A DNA stretch of 64,000 bases. Origin: Macrostomum lignano (Eukaryota). The position numbers and the translations under genes are program-made. The DNA is taken from NCBI GenBank assembly GCA_002269645.1, contig NIVC01001306.1, positions 124,001-188,000 of the forward strand, given 5' to 3'. The notes under the pieces were generated by a model that saw only the letters and a list, made by a program, of their open reading frames with translations, made no database searches and was not told where the DNA came from. Position 1 is the stretch's first letter. Every line of letters starts with the position of its first letter. Positions 35,083-48,700 of this stretch are shown one piece after another.

Positions 35083-37334
35083 ATGGCTCCAATCCGCATG
35101 CTGCCGCTGCTTCTGGCGACCCTGTCGGCTCTGACTTGGACAGCCTCTGCCGCTGCCTACCGGGAGCAGCGCTACCAGTGCCCGCAGCTGAGCACAGAGA
35201 ACTGCACCGCCGACAATGGCCTGGCCTTCTTCGACGGCTGCACAACTGTCGCCTGCATCGGCTGGCGCTCGGCCGTGAGGGAGCCGACTTACTGCCGGCC
35301 GGCTGTCACTGCCGCGGAGCTGAGTCGCTGCCGTCAGCTCAACAACCGGCTTGAAATCATTCAGAGCCGGGCGCAGGGCGCCGCTTTACCGGACGTCCTG
35401 GTCAACTGTCCGCAGTTCTCTGGCGTTGACATCTGTTCCACCGCCGATCAGTTCTTCACCTTCAACGACGGCTGCAATGTGCACCTGTGCGACGGCTCCG
35501 GCGGCACGTTCGAGCGAAGTCGGAACCAATGCCCGGAGGCCCGCACGCCGGAGCAACTATTCTTCTGCAAGGTCACCTTCAACTCAGTGGTTCGGGCCCA
35601 CGCCAGCCGGCACGCCTGCCGAGCTCAGGTGAGAGTTTACAGTTCTGGCTTCCAAACTGGAACTCCCCAAATTTTCCAAAACTTCTATATAGAACTTCTA
35701 TTCGAAATGCGATTAGATCAAGTATGCTAATTGACCAAGATTGATTCTCAAGCTTCTCTACATATTGTGTCCTCTCAAATCGGATTTCTGATTTATAATC
35801 AGAATTAATTATAATATTTACTGCATGGAAGCATGCTAAGGCTTGATTTCATTCATAGAGAGGTTGCTCAAGTTTAGTTCGTCTTAAATCCTTTACCTAA
35901 TCGTTTAAGCCAACTACTTCAGTTTTCTTTAAACTTGTCTAACAGCCTTCAGTCCCAGAAAAAATGTAAAGACGATTTCTTTCTCTCAAAACTCACTCTG
36001 CTGATTGTAATCTTACACTGGTCATGTAAAGGCATCACAAATCTTTCGCTGACACAGCTGAATAAAAAGGTAACTTAATACTCGTTTCAGCTACTGACAA
36101 ATATGCGCATTAACTACTGAAAACTAGCTGAAATCACCGCTTCCTGGAAAGCTTCCCATAGACGCATTCCTATTTGATTCTGCGAGCAGAATTGCTTTTG
36201 TCTATGGCAAAATCTCCTTTAGGTCTAATGCATCATAGGTGCGGGATTGAGATATATTTTTAGAAATTGAAGCCAACAAAAATAAAGAGCAGGGTTGATT
36301 TTGTCTATGGTTGAACTTTATGTTCTATGATTAGGATAGAATAGAAGGATAGAAGGATTAGGATAGAAATTCATGAACGCTAACGAGTGCGTCATTGGCA
36401 AAAGCGCGAGTGCGCTTCTAAAAAACTTTTGAGAACTTACGACGACTTGTGGTTTAGCTGGGTGCCACTAAGTAGTCTACTAGTGTATATAAGATCTATG
36501 GTATTATGTATTGTTCCCTTCTGTCTATGATTCAATGCAAGGATTTCCCGGCAGCAAATTTATTAGTTTAAAGCCAAAAGCACTAACTGTTAATAGCCGG
36601 CAAACAATAAAATTCACTCGATTTGCCTTTAGTCCTCCTTCTGCTTTAATTGCTTAGTCCTGAAATCTCTTTCGATCACCGATCCCTCCACTACTCAGGC
36701 CGAGAACGCCGAGCGCATCTGCGAGGTCACGTGGCCCGGCTACCAGTTCAGTGACGCCTGTTACGGCGGCAATCACTTCGTCTGCGGCCCGGGGAAAAAC
36801 CTGCTGACCCGGCCGCCGACAGGCCAGTGCCCGCTCGAGAGCGCCTCCGAGAGCATCAAGTGCCGCGAGGTAGCCGCCGAGGTTGCCGAACTGCTAGCTC
36901 CGGATCGCGGCTACACCTGCCCGGAGCTGCATCGTTCCTCGGTGTGCACAGCCGAGAATAGCGGCTTCGTCTATAACGACGGCTGCAACCTGGTGCTGTG
37001 CGAAGGCCCCAGCGCCGGCCTCAGCGAGGGCCGCACCTGCAAGCTGCCGCTCAAAGAGTCCAACCCAGCTGGCAGCGAGTTCTGCCGCCGGCGGGCCGCC
37101 GAGGTGCGCCGCGAATTGGCCGCCGGGCGCCGACACAACGGCCCCTGCGTCACCGCTGCGGAGGCCTGCCCCGGCCCGGCGGCCGAGGGAGTCAGCTACT
37201 TCGACGGCTGCAACTATTGCACCTGTCTGGGCGCGGCCAGGTCGCAATGCACCCGGCGGAAGTGCCTCGGCTTCTTCGGCACCGATGCGGAGTTCTCCGC
37301 CTACTGCGCCACCGTTGCTAGGCGATTGGACTGA
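35083..37334 (+). CDS. Secreted Cys-rich protein with five pacifastin-like repeats (about 393 aa; exons 35083-35628, 36699-37334)
   Basis: Signal peptide MAPIRMLPLLLATLSALTWTASAAA; phase-0 GT-AG intron keeps the frame open. The last repeat CPGPAAEGVSYFDGCNYCTCLGAARSQCTRRKC fits the pacifastin pattern C-x(9-13)-CNxCxC-x(6-8)-CT-x3-C; four upstream repeats share the (F/Y)xDGC motif. Gene model is well supported, family call moderate. Confidence 0.8.
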
Positions 37335-37344
37335 TGCGATCCTT

Positions 37345-37357
37345 GTTGCCTAGCAAC
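37345..37357. promoter_or_regulatory. RFX X-box-like palindrome GTTGCCTAGCAAC
   Basis: Matches the 13-bp RFX motif; lies 11 bp past the stop codon of the pacifastin-like gene, so function is unclear. Confidence 0.3.
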
Positions 37358-37580
37358 CGTTCATTTTATTGTTTACTGACTAATTGGTTAAATTTGCGAA
37401 ATATCTAACAAGCTGAGAAGCTTCATAAAATGAAAAGCAGTCGAAAGAAATACAACAAATGTTACGTGTTAACTTTGCTATTCTAGTTGATGAAGTAGCA
37501 TACTAACATCGCAAATGAGGCCTACTATTATTAGTTTTGATTATTAAAAGTATAATGAGTCTTGTATGGCGGGGTATAGG

Positions 37581-38153
<573 letters not shown>

Positions 38154-38436
38154 ATCTATAATTACTGTGAGTCGCATTGAGAACATTAGATTTAGTGCTG
38201 CTCAGACAGGCAGAACCTCACAGAAGGATTACTTACCTTGCATCGCCAGTTTCCGCCGTTTCACATTGAATTATTTATTTTCCGACTAGCAATCAGCCAG
38301 AGAGCCGGTGGATTCAGTCTCGAGAGAATTACTCAGACTGCGCGCTGCGATTTCTAAAGGATTGAATTATTGATCTGAATTGGTGGATATGCAGTTTAAC
38401 ATTTTAGCGCATTGATTTTAGCTACGTTCCGTGTTT

Positions 38437-38915
38437 CCATGGGAGGGTGGAAACCGTAGGGGAGGGTTGAAAACCGTAGGGGAGGGTGGGAACCGTAGGG
38501 GAGGATGGGAACCGTAGGGGAGGGTGGGCACCGTAGGGGAGGGTGGGAACCGTAGGGGAGGGTGGGAACCGTAGGGGAGGGTGCAGGAACCGTAGGGGAG
38601 GTGGAAACCGTAGGGGAGGGTGGGAACCGTAGGGGAGGATGGATACCGTAGGGGAGGATGGGAACCGTAGGGGAGGATGGGTACCGTAGGGGAGGGTGGG
38701 AACCGTAGGGGAGGGTGGGAACCGTAGGGGAGGATGGATACCGTAGGGAGGGTGGGAACCGTAGGGGAGGATGGGTACCGTAGGGGAGGATGGATACCGT
38801 AGGGAGGATGGGAACCATAGGGGAGGTGGAAACCGTAGGGAGGGTGGGAACCGTAGTGGAGGGTGGGAAATGTAGGGGAGGGTGGGAACCGTAGAGGAGG
38901 GTGAGTACCGTAGGG
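38437..38915 (+). repeat. About 20-21-bp G-rich minisatellite (ggggagggtgggaaccgta)
   Basis: Direct reading; about 23 degenerate units. Confidence 0.92.
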
Positions 38916-39220
38916 GAGTAGCCACTTCTGCATGTACTACTAAGGTAAGCATAAAATTACCAAAGTACTCTTTACAAGCTTTTTCTATTTCCTCATAGTT
39001 CACAAAATCAACTCAAATGCACCCAGCATAACAACCAACAAAAAAATTAAACTGGTAATTTCAACTGTTGACAGATTTAATTTATTATTTTTAGCAAGCC
39101 GTAGTCTGACCGGTCATTAGACACCGGCTACCCGTGAATCATAATCCTACTCATAATTTTTACATATAACCGTTTAGTTAATACGGCCAGCGTTTAAAAT
39201 TATCAGAATTTTATGCTTCA

Positions 39221-39539
39221 TCACAGCAGCTCCAAGTCGTCAATGGTCATCTTGACTTCGGCCGCGATTCTCTTCTGCTCCTGCGATTTCTTCTTTTGCT
39301 GCTCCTGCTGGGACGAGTTCTCCACCGCGGCCGAGTCGGTCAGCTGCTTCTCTTCGAACTCTCGCCGTCTCGGCCCTGCCGGTGCCTGCCGTCTGTCGAT
39401 GGCGCTCCCGGAGCCGTCGTTTGTCGGCTTCCCCGGGCCGGCGCCGTTTCGAGCCGACGGCAACCGATCAGCGCTGCTGTAGCTGGGCAGCTGGACAGCG
39501 CTGGCTTTGTAGTTGTAGGCTGAGGACATGGCCTCCCTT
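39221..39539 (-). CDS. Orphan terminal exon or short single-exon gene (102-aa ORF from ATG 39529), unknown product
   Basis: GC-rich codon pattern like neighbouring exons; acceptor-like CAG at 39542-39540; AATAAA on the minus strand near 39085; hydrophilic MSSAYNYKASAVQ...KRIAAEVKMTIDDLELL. No recognised family. Confidence 0.5.
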
Positions 39540-39540
39540 C

Positions 39541-40541
<1,001 letters not shown>

Positions 40542-41373
40542 AGAGTATTAGTGACTGCACGTCAGACCAGTGCAGGTAGTCTGGCAGCAGTTTAGGAATT
40601 TATGCACAGCCAGCTGCGTGACTTGATCCCTCATCCCATAGGCTCGGCACGCAATGCCCCACAATAGCCCCAGTGTCAAAGCGGTGAGCCCGATTCCCGC
40701 TCCTGATTGGAGCGCCCAGCCCGCTGTTCTCCCTTTGTGTGGTCTGAAATCCGTTTTTCAGAATCCCAGTGGCTTTGGCAGCCCCGCACTGGGAGCCAAG
40801 AGAGGTGGAAGGCGATGTCAAATTCAATGAGACCGGCAGCGCAGGTGCCGCAAGCTGCACATTTTTCATGCAACTTCCTTCTGAGTAGGTGCGGTAAAAG
40901 TACATTATAGCTTTAGCTACGAGCTACATTATAGTTTGAAGCCAAGCATAAACTATTAACTATCATGTTAAACTAGAAATACATCACGAATGTGCTTGGT
41001 AGTTTCCCATATTGCACCTACAGAATAGTTACACGGCACTTGATTTTTAAATTCAATTTTTGTGTCGAAATTCGTTGATTCCATTTCGACCTATGTAATT
41101 AATGGCTACAAAAATAGTCAACTAAAACATTTCTAATTAATTTTTACGTTTCAATAAGCATTTAGACTTTCTTCCCGAATCTTATTTATTTAGTCGGGTG
41201 CTGAAAAAACACTTTTGCCATGCAATAATTTCATCACGAAGTGTAAGAAAAGTAGTTAAGCGCAAATTATCCTACTGTAAGTAGCGAGCCATAGTTTATC
41301 GTTTATATTTATATGTATTGAAAGTTATCTTCAAATAATTTTTTTAGTCAGGAGACAACAAGTTGAATTAAGT

Positions 41374-44300
41374 TCAGCTCGGCCGGCCATTGTTGCTACC
41401 CAACACCTGTTGCTCAACTGGCACGGTCAGGTCCAGCTTGTCCACATCGGTCGGCTCGCTCATGCCCATGCCGCGGAGCCCGGCGTAGAACACCGACGGC
41501 TTCGGCACGCTGGTGTGCCCGTCTCGTTTAGTCTGCGTCTCCTGGTCCTTCGGCGGGTACACCTGGGCCACGTTGTCCCGGCGCAGGTTGCTCAGGTTGG
41601 TCTGCTGCGAGTGGGTCACCTTAGTGCGCAGGTTCGCCTGAGCGTAGAATAGGATAGGGGGTTAAATGGTTTTTTTATGAAATACGTGACAAACGCATTA
41701 GGCGATTATACTACTGATTGAGTAGAAATATGAACATTTTTGTGATTCTGTCTGTAGGGTAGGAAACAATAGGATAGAATAAGATTGATTAGGGTAGAAT
41801 AGGGTTGAATTTGATAGAATAGAGTAGAATAGAATAGGATAGAATATGATAGACTAGGATAGGATCGGATAAGGTAGAGTAGGATATTAAATAAAAGGTT
41901 AGAATAAAATATAAATAGGTCTGAATAGGATAAAATAGGATTTGATAGAAAAGTATAGGAGAAAATAGAATAAAAAGGATAGTATAGAATAGGATAGGAT
42001 AGAAAAAAAAAGTTATAACCAAAGAGGATAGAAGAGAGCTTGGCTGGATTTTTACGGGACAAATCTAGGTTGAAAAATAGAGTGCGGTATAAAAGTAGAT
42101 ATGTATGTGATGCAATAAGATCGAATAGGCTTACAAGCTTAATCGCCTTCCTGCGCAGCTCCCACTCGTTCCACTCGTACGACTTGACAATATTAGTGTC
42201 CATAAAGTGCGTGTCGGTCTCTGTCTGGGCGTCGCACTTTGTAACCGGCTTCTCGATCATCTTGCCAGCGTCCCGAGACTGAAAGGCAGTTATTGAATAA
42301 TTTCAATGTTAAATATTTAGATGAGGGAATCAGAGTCTTGAAATTATGTATAGTTACTTCTGCTCTATACCTCACTATTCTTGGAATTTTCTGGCCCGTG
42401 GTTAGAGTAAAAGTACATTTGAGCAAAGTATGAGTCATTGAGTCATAGACACCAAGGCTAGAAAGATCTACTGACAATTGGTTTGGCGGGGCCTCTCCAC
42501 TCACTCACCCCAATTCCATTCGCGTCTCTCCTCTGCTCTATCTACCTTCTCTCTCTCAACTCTCACCATGTACCTTCTCTATCTTCTATCTTCCTATCTA
42601 CCTTCTCCCTCTCCCATCTCCCAATCTACCTTCTCCCTCTCCCATCTACCTATCTACTTCTCTGTCTCATATCTCCCGATCTACCTTCTCTCTCCTCATC
42701 CCTATCTACTTCTCTCTTTCCTCTGTCCCTATCTACTTCTCTCTCTCTCCCATCTCCCTATCTTCCTTTTCTCTCCTCTCTCCCTCTCTTCTCTACCCCT
42801 CTCTCCCTCTCCCACCAATCAATCCCCCCTAACCTGGGAGTGCGGGGTGAGCGCGGCGAACTGGCTGTGCAGCTCGAGTATCTGGATGAGCTCGGGGCTC
42901 CGCCTGGCCGTGTTGGCCACGCTGGTGATGAACTCGTCCGGCTGGTTGGCGAACTCGTAGGCGGCCTTCCGGCTCGAGAAGATGAAATAGTTGTTGCGGT
43001 AGTGCAGGATGCCAACGCTGGGATTGCCGGGGATCAGCAGTCGGTCGAAGACCACCAGGGCCCAGGCGCAGTAGCCGCGGTACATCACGGGCAGCCGGCT
43101 GTAGTTCTTCGTAGTCTCCGGGAACAGCCATTCCCGGTCGCGGAAATCGGCCGGATTAACTCGTTCAGCGGGATCGGATGAAGCCTCCAGCCGCTGCTGG
43201 TCGGAGCGAACTTCGCCGGCCTCTTCTAGGAATGGCGCCACAATGTCCGGCTTGAATAGGTCGCGGTGGACGCGGCTGAATGCGTCCAGATTGTTGAGGA
43301 TGTTGGTCAGCACGGACAGCAGGACCATCTCGTCCTGGGGCACGGAGGGCATCGGGGTGGCGGTTGTTGTGATGATTTTTACGGGAGGGTAGCCTTACCG
43401 ACACCTGGCTCCAGTAACCACATTCTGGCGCCCCCTGACACCGATGCCCTATTGTGCCCCCCATCCTGACACCGATGCCCTATTGTGCCCCCCATCCTGA
43501 CACCGATGCCCTATTGTGCCTCCCCCCCTTGACACCGATTCCCTATTGTGGCCCAATCCTTGACACCGATTCCCTATTGTGGCCCAATCCTTGACGCTAA
43601 AACCTACTTCAAGTAATTTAGCTCCCCTTGCACATTTCTGCACCTTCTTCTACATTATAGGCCACAATCACACACCATATCGGAATACCTCGACCTTAAA
43701 AAAACTTTTAATTCACCTGAAATCCGCTCCAGATCTCGGACAGGTGCACAAACTGCGGATAGACCTGAGCCGTTGGCACCGCAGTTTTGCTCTGCACAGT
43801 GTTCTGCAGCTGCTCAAGCCTGGCCTGCAGCTGCTGCATCAGCTGCTCAACTTGATCCGCCGAGCGGATAACGTCGCTCAGCAGCACTTTGAGAAAGACT
43901 TCGGCCTGGCGACAGTTGATCAGCGATTCGCGCAGCAGCTCAAGCGACAGGCCGACATCAGCGCCGGGCTTCTGCGCCTTCACGGCCAGGCTCTCGATCA
44001 GCGCCGCATACTGTGCGGCCGTCTCCTGCACCCGGCCGATCTCCTCGTCCAAGCTGTGCGTGGTGGCCGGGATGCCTTCGTTGAGAAACGACGGCAGATC
44101 GTCGATACCTTCGCCGCCTTTGCCGCAGTCTTTGTTGAATAGTCGGATGCCGCTAACGATGGCGGTGAGCTCCTGCAGGTGACGCTCTTTGTCTTTGCGC
44201 GGCATCTGCATGAAAGCGCCCAGTTCGGACTGCGGGAACACCGACTGCAGCGCCGCGGTGGCCTCGCGCACCACGTTGATGTCGGTTGGCGAACCGAGAC

Positions 44301-44727
44301 CCGACTGGAGCAGCACAGCCGACACGATCTTCCTGTAGAGGCTGTCCAACTCGTCCCGAGTTCGAGCCCGCGAATCCGTGATCTCGCGCATCACCGGCAT
44401 CAGGCGCGACTTCATGATGCGATGGTGCTCCTCGAGGAACTCCCGCCTAGCCGTGTAGTTCATGTCGAAGAATACCTGCATCTTGATGGTGTCCAGCGAC
44501 GGCGACTTCGTGTCCATCAGCTTGTCGACGCACAGTTTGATCAGCTTCTGCACGTCGTCCCTGGTTAGTGTCTTGTCCGTGCTGAAGTCATTCGTGGGAT
44601 CCAGCACCACAGCTTTCACCATGAAGGCCACGAGCGTCTCGGACACGGCCTGGCCGCGGGAGGCGCACTGCTGTGCGATCTCGCGGATGATGTTCTTGAT
44701 GACGCTTTCGGCCTGTGCGCGCGACAT
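41374..44727 (-). CDS. CFAP206: Cilia- and flagella-associated protein 206 (about 639 aa; exons 44727-43717, 43334-42834, 42278-42135, 41637-41374)
   Basis: MSRAQAESVIKNIIREIAQQC...SETLVAFMVKAVVLDP...LDTIKMQVFFDMNYT; YRGYCAW..V..D.LLIPGNP; QTETDTHFMDTNIVKSYEWNEWELRRKAIKL; ANLRTKVTHSQQTNLSNLRRDN. All three introns are phase 0 GT-AG. Confidence 0.95.
41750..42125 (+). repeat. (ATAG/ATAGA)-rich low-complexity tract in CFAP206 intron 3
   Basis: Direct reading. Confidence 0.75.
42520..42815 (+). repeat. CT-rich low-complexity tract in CFAP206 intron 2
   Basis: Direct reading. Confidence 0.8.
43425..43595 (+). repeat. 31-bp minisatellite (ctgacaccgatgccctattgtgccccccatc), about 5 copies, CFAP206 intron 1
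   Basis: Period 31 at 43441/43472. Confidence 0.88.
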
Positions 44728-45632
44728 TTTCTTGGCATGCAAAATCGGGCGTGTGGAGCTTCACAGAAAAAACTATAAAGAATATTTTTTCTTTTACTGA
44801 AGCTTAACTTTGTAAATTTCGGCAGCTAAATTTTTTCTTTAGCTGGGAAATATATAGCTTACATTGAGCTAAGAATTAGAAGTGTTGAAATATTTAAAAA
44901 TTGCTTTTTTTATAGAAAATCTAAGTATGGCACAAAGAGAAGAATCGCTCATGCTGTCATGGCATAAACTTTCAACATTAAATTTTATTATTGGTACAAG
45001 CGTATGTATTTATTCACGTATTTTTACTTTAGCAGCTACAAAAATTGGTTGCATCATTGTTTTTGCTTTTGATATTCATAGTGACAAAACCTAAAATATT
45101 AAATGTGATGAAAATAATTATCCAGGAAAAAACTGTGTCTATAATATGAAAATTCATAAAAATTTCAGTAATAATGAAGCATTGGACATATGAAGCAAAT
45201 TCAACCATACACGGTGGAATATTTCGATATAAAGGTGACTGGATATTTTTTATTTACATGGAAAAGACTGCGAAAATATTCAAATAAACCTTTTATTCTA
45301 GGTAAATAATACAATCTGATGCCTAGCAGATAAATGAAAGTAGTTTTTTTAGAATTAAAGTTAATGAATCCATAAAGCGTAAAAAATACCATATAGGTTA
45401 TGATAAGATTTCTGTTGTCACCTGCAAGCTGCAATGAAATGTAAAACGGTTATTTTTATAAATTCAAACTTTTGTAGCCTCGGTAGAAATGGTTAGCACT
45501 AACGATTATAACAAAAAACTTTAAACTGAGTAGAAAGTCATAATAAAAAAATATTTTTAAGAAAGAAGAAAAGCTAAAAAGAACTTTTCTATACTTCTTT
45601 AATCTGATTTTTCTACTTATTTAAGTTAGCTT

Positions 45633-45645
45633 GTTGCTAAGTAAT
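45633..45645. promoter_or_regulatory. Candidate RFX X-box (GTTGCTAAGTAAT) in the CFAP206/DNAI1 bidirectional promoter
   Basis: One mismatch from GTTGCTAAGTAAC; about 105 bp upstream of the DNAI1 ATG; RFX control of ciliary genes is established. Confidence 0.55.
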
Positions 45646-45750
45646 ATTTTAATTTGACTGGAATTTATCTTCACTTTTTGGCGTTAGAGTCGGAGTCGTC
45701 AGCGTCGGACACTTTCATCCCACCGTAGCCGATCATAACAGACGTCCGAA

Positions 45751-48700
45751 ATGCCGAACCCAAAGCCAGCCGCCGCAGCATCGAAGCCAAAGGTTTGTCT
45801 AACTTTTCAAAAATGTTTAATGATATTGTACTTTCCATTCTACTTTGATTGGCGCCGGAGGTAAAAGTACTCGTAGTTATATTTTCATGTTGAAATTAAA
45901 TTGCAAATACGTTTTCGCTTTTTCAGTAAACTTGAGTATTATTCAGAATTTTTTAATGGAGCTCTCTTTTACGTATAAATTCTATAAATAATAATATAAA
46001 TAAAGATTTTGTCATATCTGTAGAAGCCAAGATATTTTTTAAAATGAGACTAAGTATGTCAGTGAATAAGTACAGTATATTAAAAATATAAATAATTATT
46101 TTCAGTCATATGGGCATCGTACAGAAGGCCAACATTAAGCTTATTGAATCCTTGGAGAAATTGCCAGATATGAATTATTTACATGCCTCACTGAGTTTTA
46201 TTTAAGATGTATCATATCGTTAACTTTAAATTAAAAAAAATGCACTTACATACAATTTACATCCTACTTGTTTTTCTTACCACAGCCGCCGACTCAAGCG
46301 GCGCGAGCGTCCCGCAGACGCGACAGCGAGACCGGCAGCCACTCCGTGATGGACTTTGGCGAAGATATGTTTGGCGGCGGCAAGGCGCAGAAGCCGGACG
46401 ATCAGCTCCAGCTGACTGATCAGGAGCTTAAAGAGGAGTTCACCAGAATTCTAACGGCCAACAATCCGCATGCGCCCCAGAATATTGTGCGCTACAGTTT
46501 CAAGGACCGCCAATATAAGCCAATACCCCAGGTTGACCAGCTGGCCGTTCACTTTGTGATGGAGGGCAACCTCATCCATCGCGAATCCGACGAGGCCAAG
46601 AAGCAGTTGGAGAAGAAGAGCGGCGATGCTGCGAGAGGTGAGTATAGAGAGAAATGTTTTTGGCTTCAATTTCTAGAAAATTCAAAGTTCCGAAACTGAT
46701 AAATTTAAAGACTAAAGGAAAGTTATGTAATAGATTGGCTATTACTACAACTCTGTGGGAAGAAATAGATACAATTGGGTGAGAGAGTAGGGCCATCGAC
46801 TAAAACTGCAGGAATAAATAGATACAGTTGGGTGAGAGAGTAGGGCCATAGACTAAAACTGCAGGACGAAATAGATACAGTTGGGTGAGAGAGTAGGGCC
46901 ATAGACTAAAACTGCAGGAATAAATAGATACAGTTGGGTGAGAGAGTAGGACCATAGACTAAAACTGCAGGAATAAATAGAAACAGTTGGGTGAGAGAGT
47001 AAGGCCATAGACTAAAACTGCAGGAAGAAATAGAAACAGTTGCGTGAGAGCGTAGGACCATAGAATAAAATTCTGCGAAAAAGAAAATGAAATGTGATTA
47101 GATCTTTTCATAAAACTTATCCTAATATATCACTTTAAAACTTAATTATCCTATGAGAAGATAATTAGATGGATCTCCTCTTTTTCGCAGAGCCAATCGA
47201 TGAAGCCGCTGAAGCGAGCGAAGGCGAGGCGCCTCCGAAAGAAGAGGGGGTAAGCTTTTTAGAGCTATTTCAAAAGCGCATAGAAATTCTCTATGATATC
47301 TCTGCAACTAAAACCCTGTTGCATTTAAATAGCTATCTTTTCGATGCAAAAGAAACAAATACATTACTTTAATTTCACCATTTCTCAGGCGACTGACGAA
47401 GATATGGTTGGTTTTGTTTATTTAGAACGTTCTTTTTTCAAACAAAACATTCCCTCATGTTGATCGATCGGCTTAAGAAAATTTCATTGTCATTTTTTTC
47501 ATTTTTTGAAACCACTGGCCAATTGTGTGGCATAGTGCACAGTCTATGCTTATTTCTTAGTTAATAAATAGTACGTTGGCAATGGAATTTTACTAAACAG
47601 ACCGTGATCTCAATTATCTAATACCTTCCAGGATGAAGACGCTCCGGCCCCAGCTGCATCTGGCAAGAAGCTGACAAATCAGTTCAACTTCTGCGAGCGA
47701 GCCACACAGACCTACAATAATCCACTTCGGGTGAGTTAACTTTTTTAAGTAGTATGAATCGCACTTTTTCTCTATATTTTCACTGAAGTGATAATCTAAT
47801 TATCGAAAAATACAGGCTTAAATAATGTTAAACAGCCCTCTTAGTTTTTCAATTTAGAGGATACTCATTATAGCTTCGTTATCTTCAATTATCTAATCTT
47901 ATAGTAATTTAAAACAGGCCAATTACAGTCTAATCAAGCAGCAATTATTTCGAATTCATGCAGGAGCGAGAGAATCAAACGGAGCCACCACCGAGGGTGA
48001 ACTTCTCCCAGACGGCCAATCAGTGGATCATCTTCGACGCTTATCAGGCCGACTTTGAGAAGAACGTGAGTTCAAATTATGCACCGATTTAAAACCCCCT
48101 AGCTAATTTTTCTTGTATAATGCACTTTAGTCTACTTTTGGGCGTATGAGTGCGCATGGGTTTCTAAATGTAAATAAATTCATAACAATAAAAAGTTAGG
48201 ACATTGATTTGATAATAGACGTAAGCAGTTTGTAATCGGTGCAATAATGTACGCTCGTACATTAGCTTTGCTCCACAGACTAAAGTGTATGGTCTAAAGC
48301 AATAAAGTGGGAGGGGGCGAGACGGAAGGGGATTAAAAGTTCGCTACTTGCGTGCACGCTCGCAGAGAAGGCGTTGAGCCAATAGAAAGAAAGTCAAGGA
48401 GGAAAAGGAGGATCCATCTTGCACAGTCTAAGGCAAAGTTAAAGGGCCGTATGCAGAAAGCCTAGTCCAGACTAGCTAGTCCGGACTTGGGTAGTTCAGT
48501 CTATAGTCTATGCTCTAGCTAGCCTAGTTCTGCTATAGTAGACCCATGGACTTCTATACTTAGCATAGCTAAGTATAGAAGTCCATGGTAGACCGGTCGA
48601 ACTTTGTGTTTCTGCCATGGACTTCTATACTTTAGAAGTCCAAGTATAGAAGTCCATGGTTTCTGCATACCAAATCCAAGTCTAGACTAGCTTTTCAAGA

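Noticed and set aside
38396-39003. Pro-rich minus-strand ORFs
   Set aside because: Translation of the G-rich minisatellite; starts are non-ATG or incidental.
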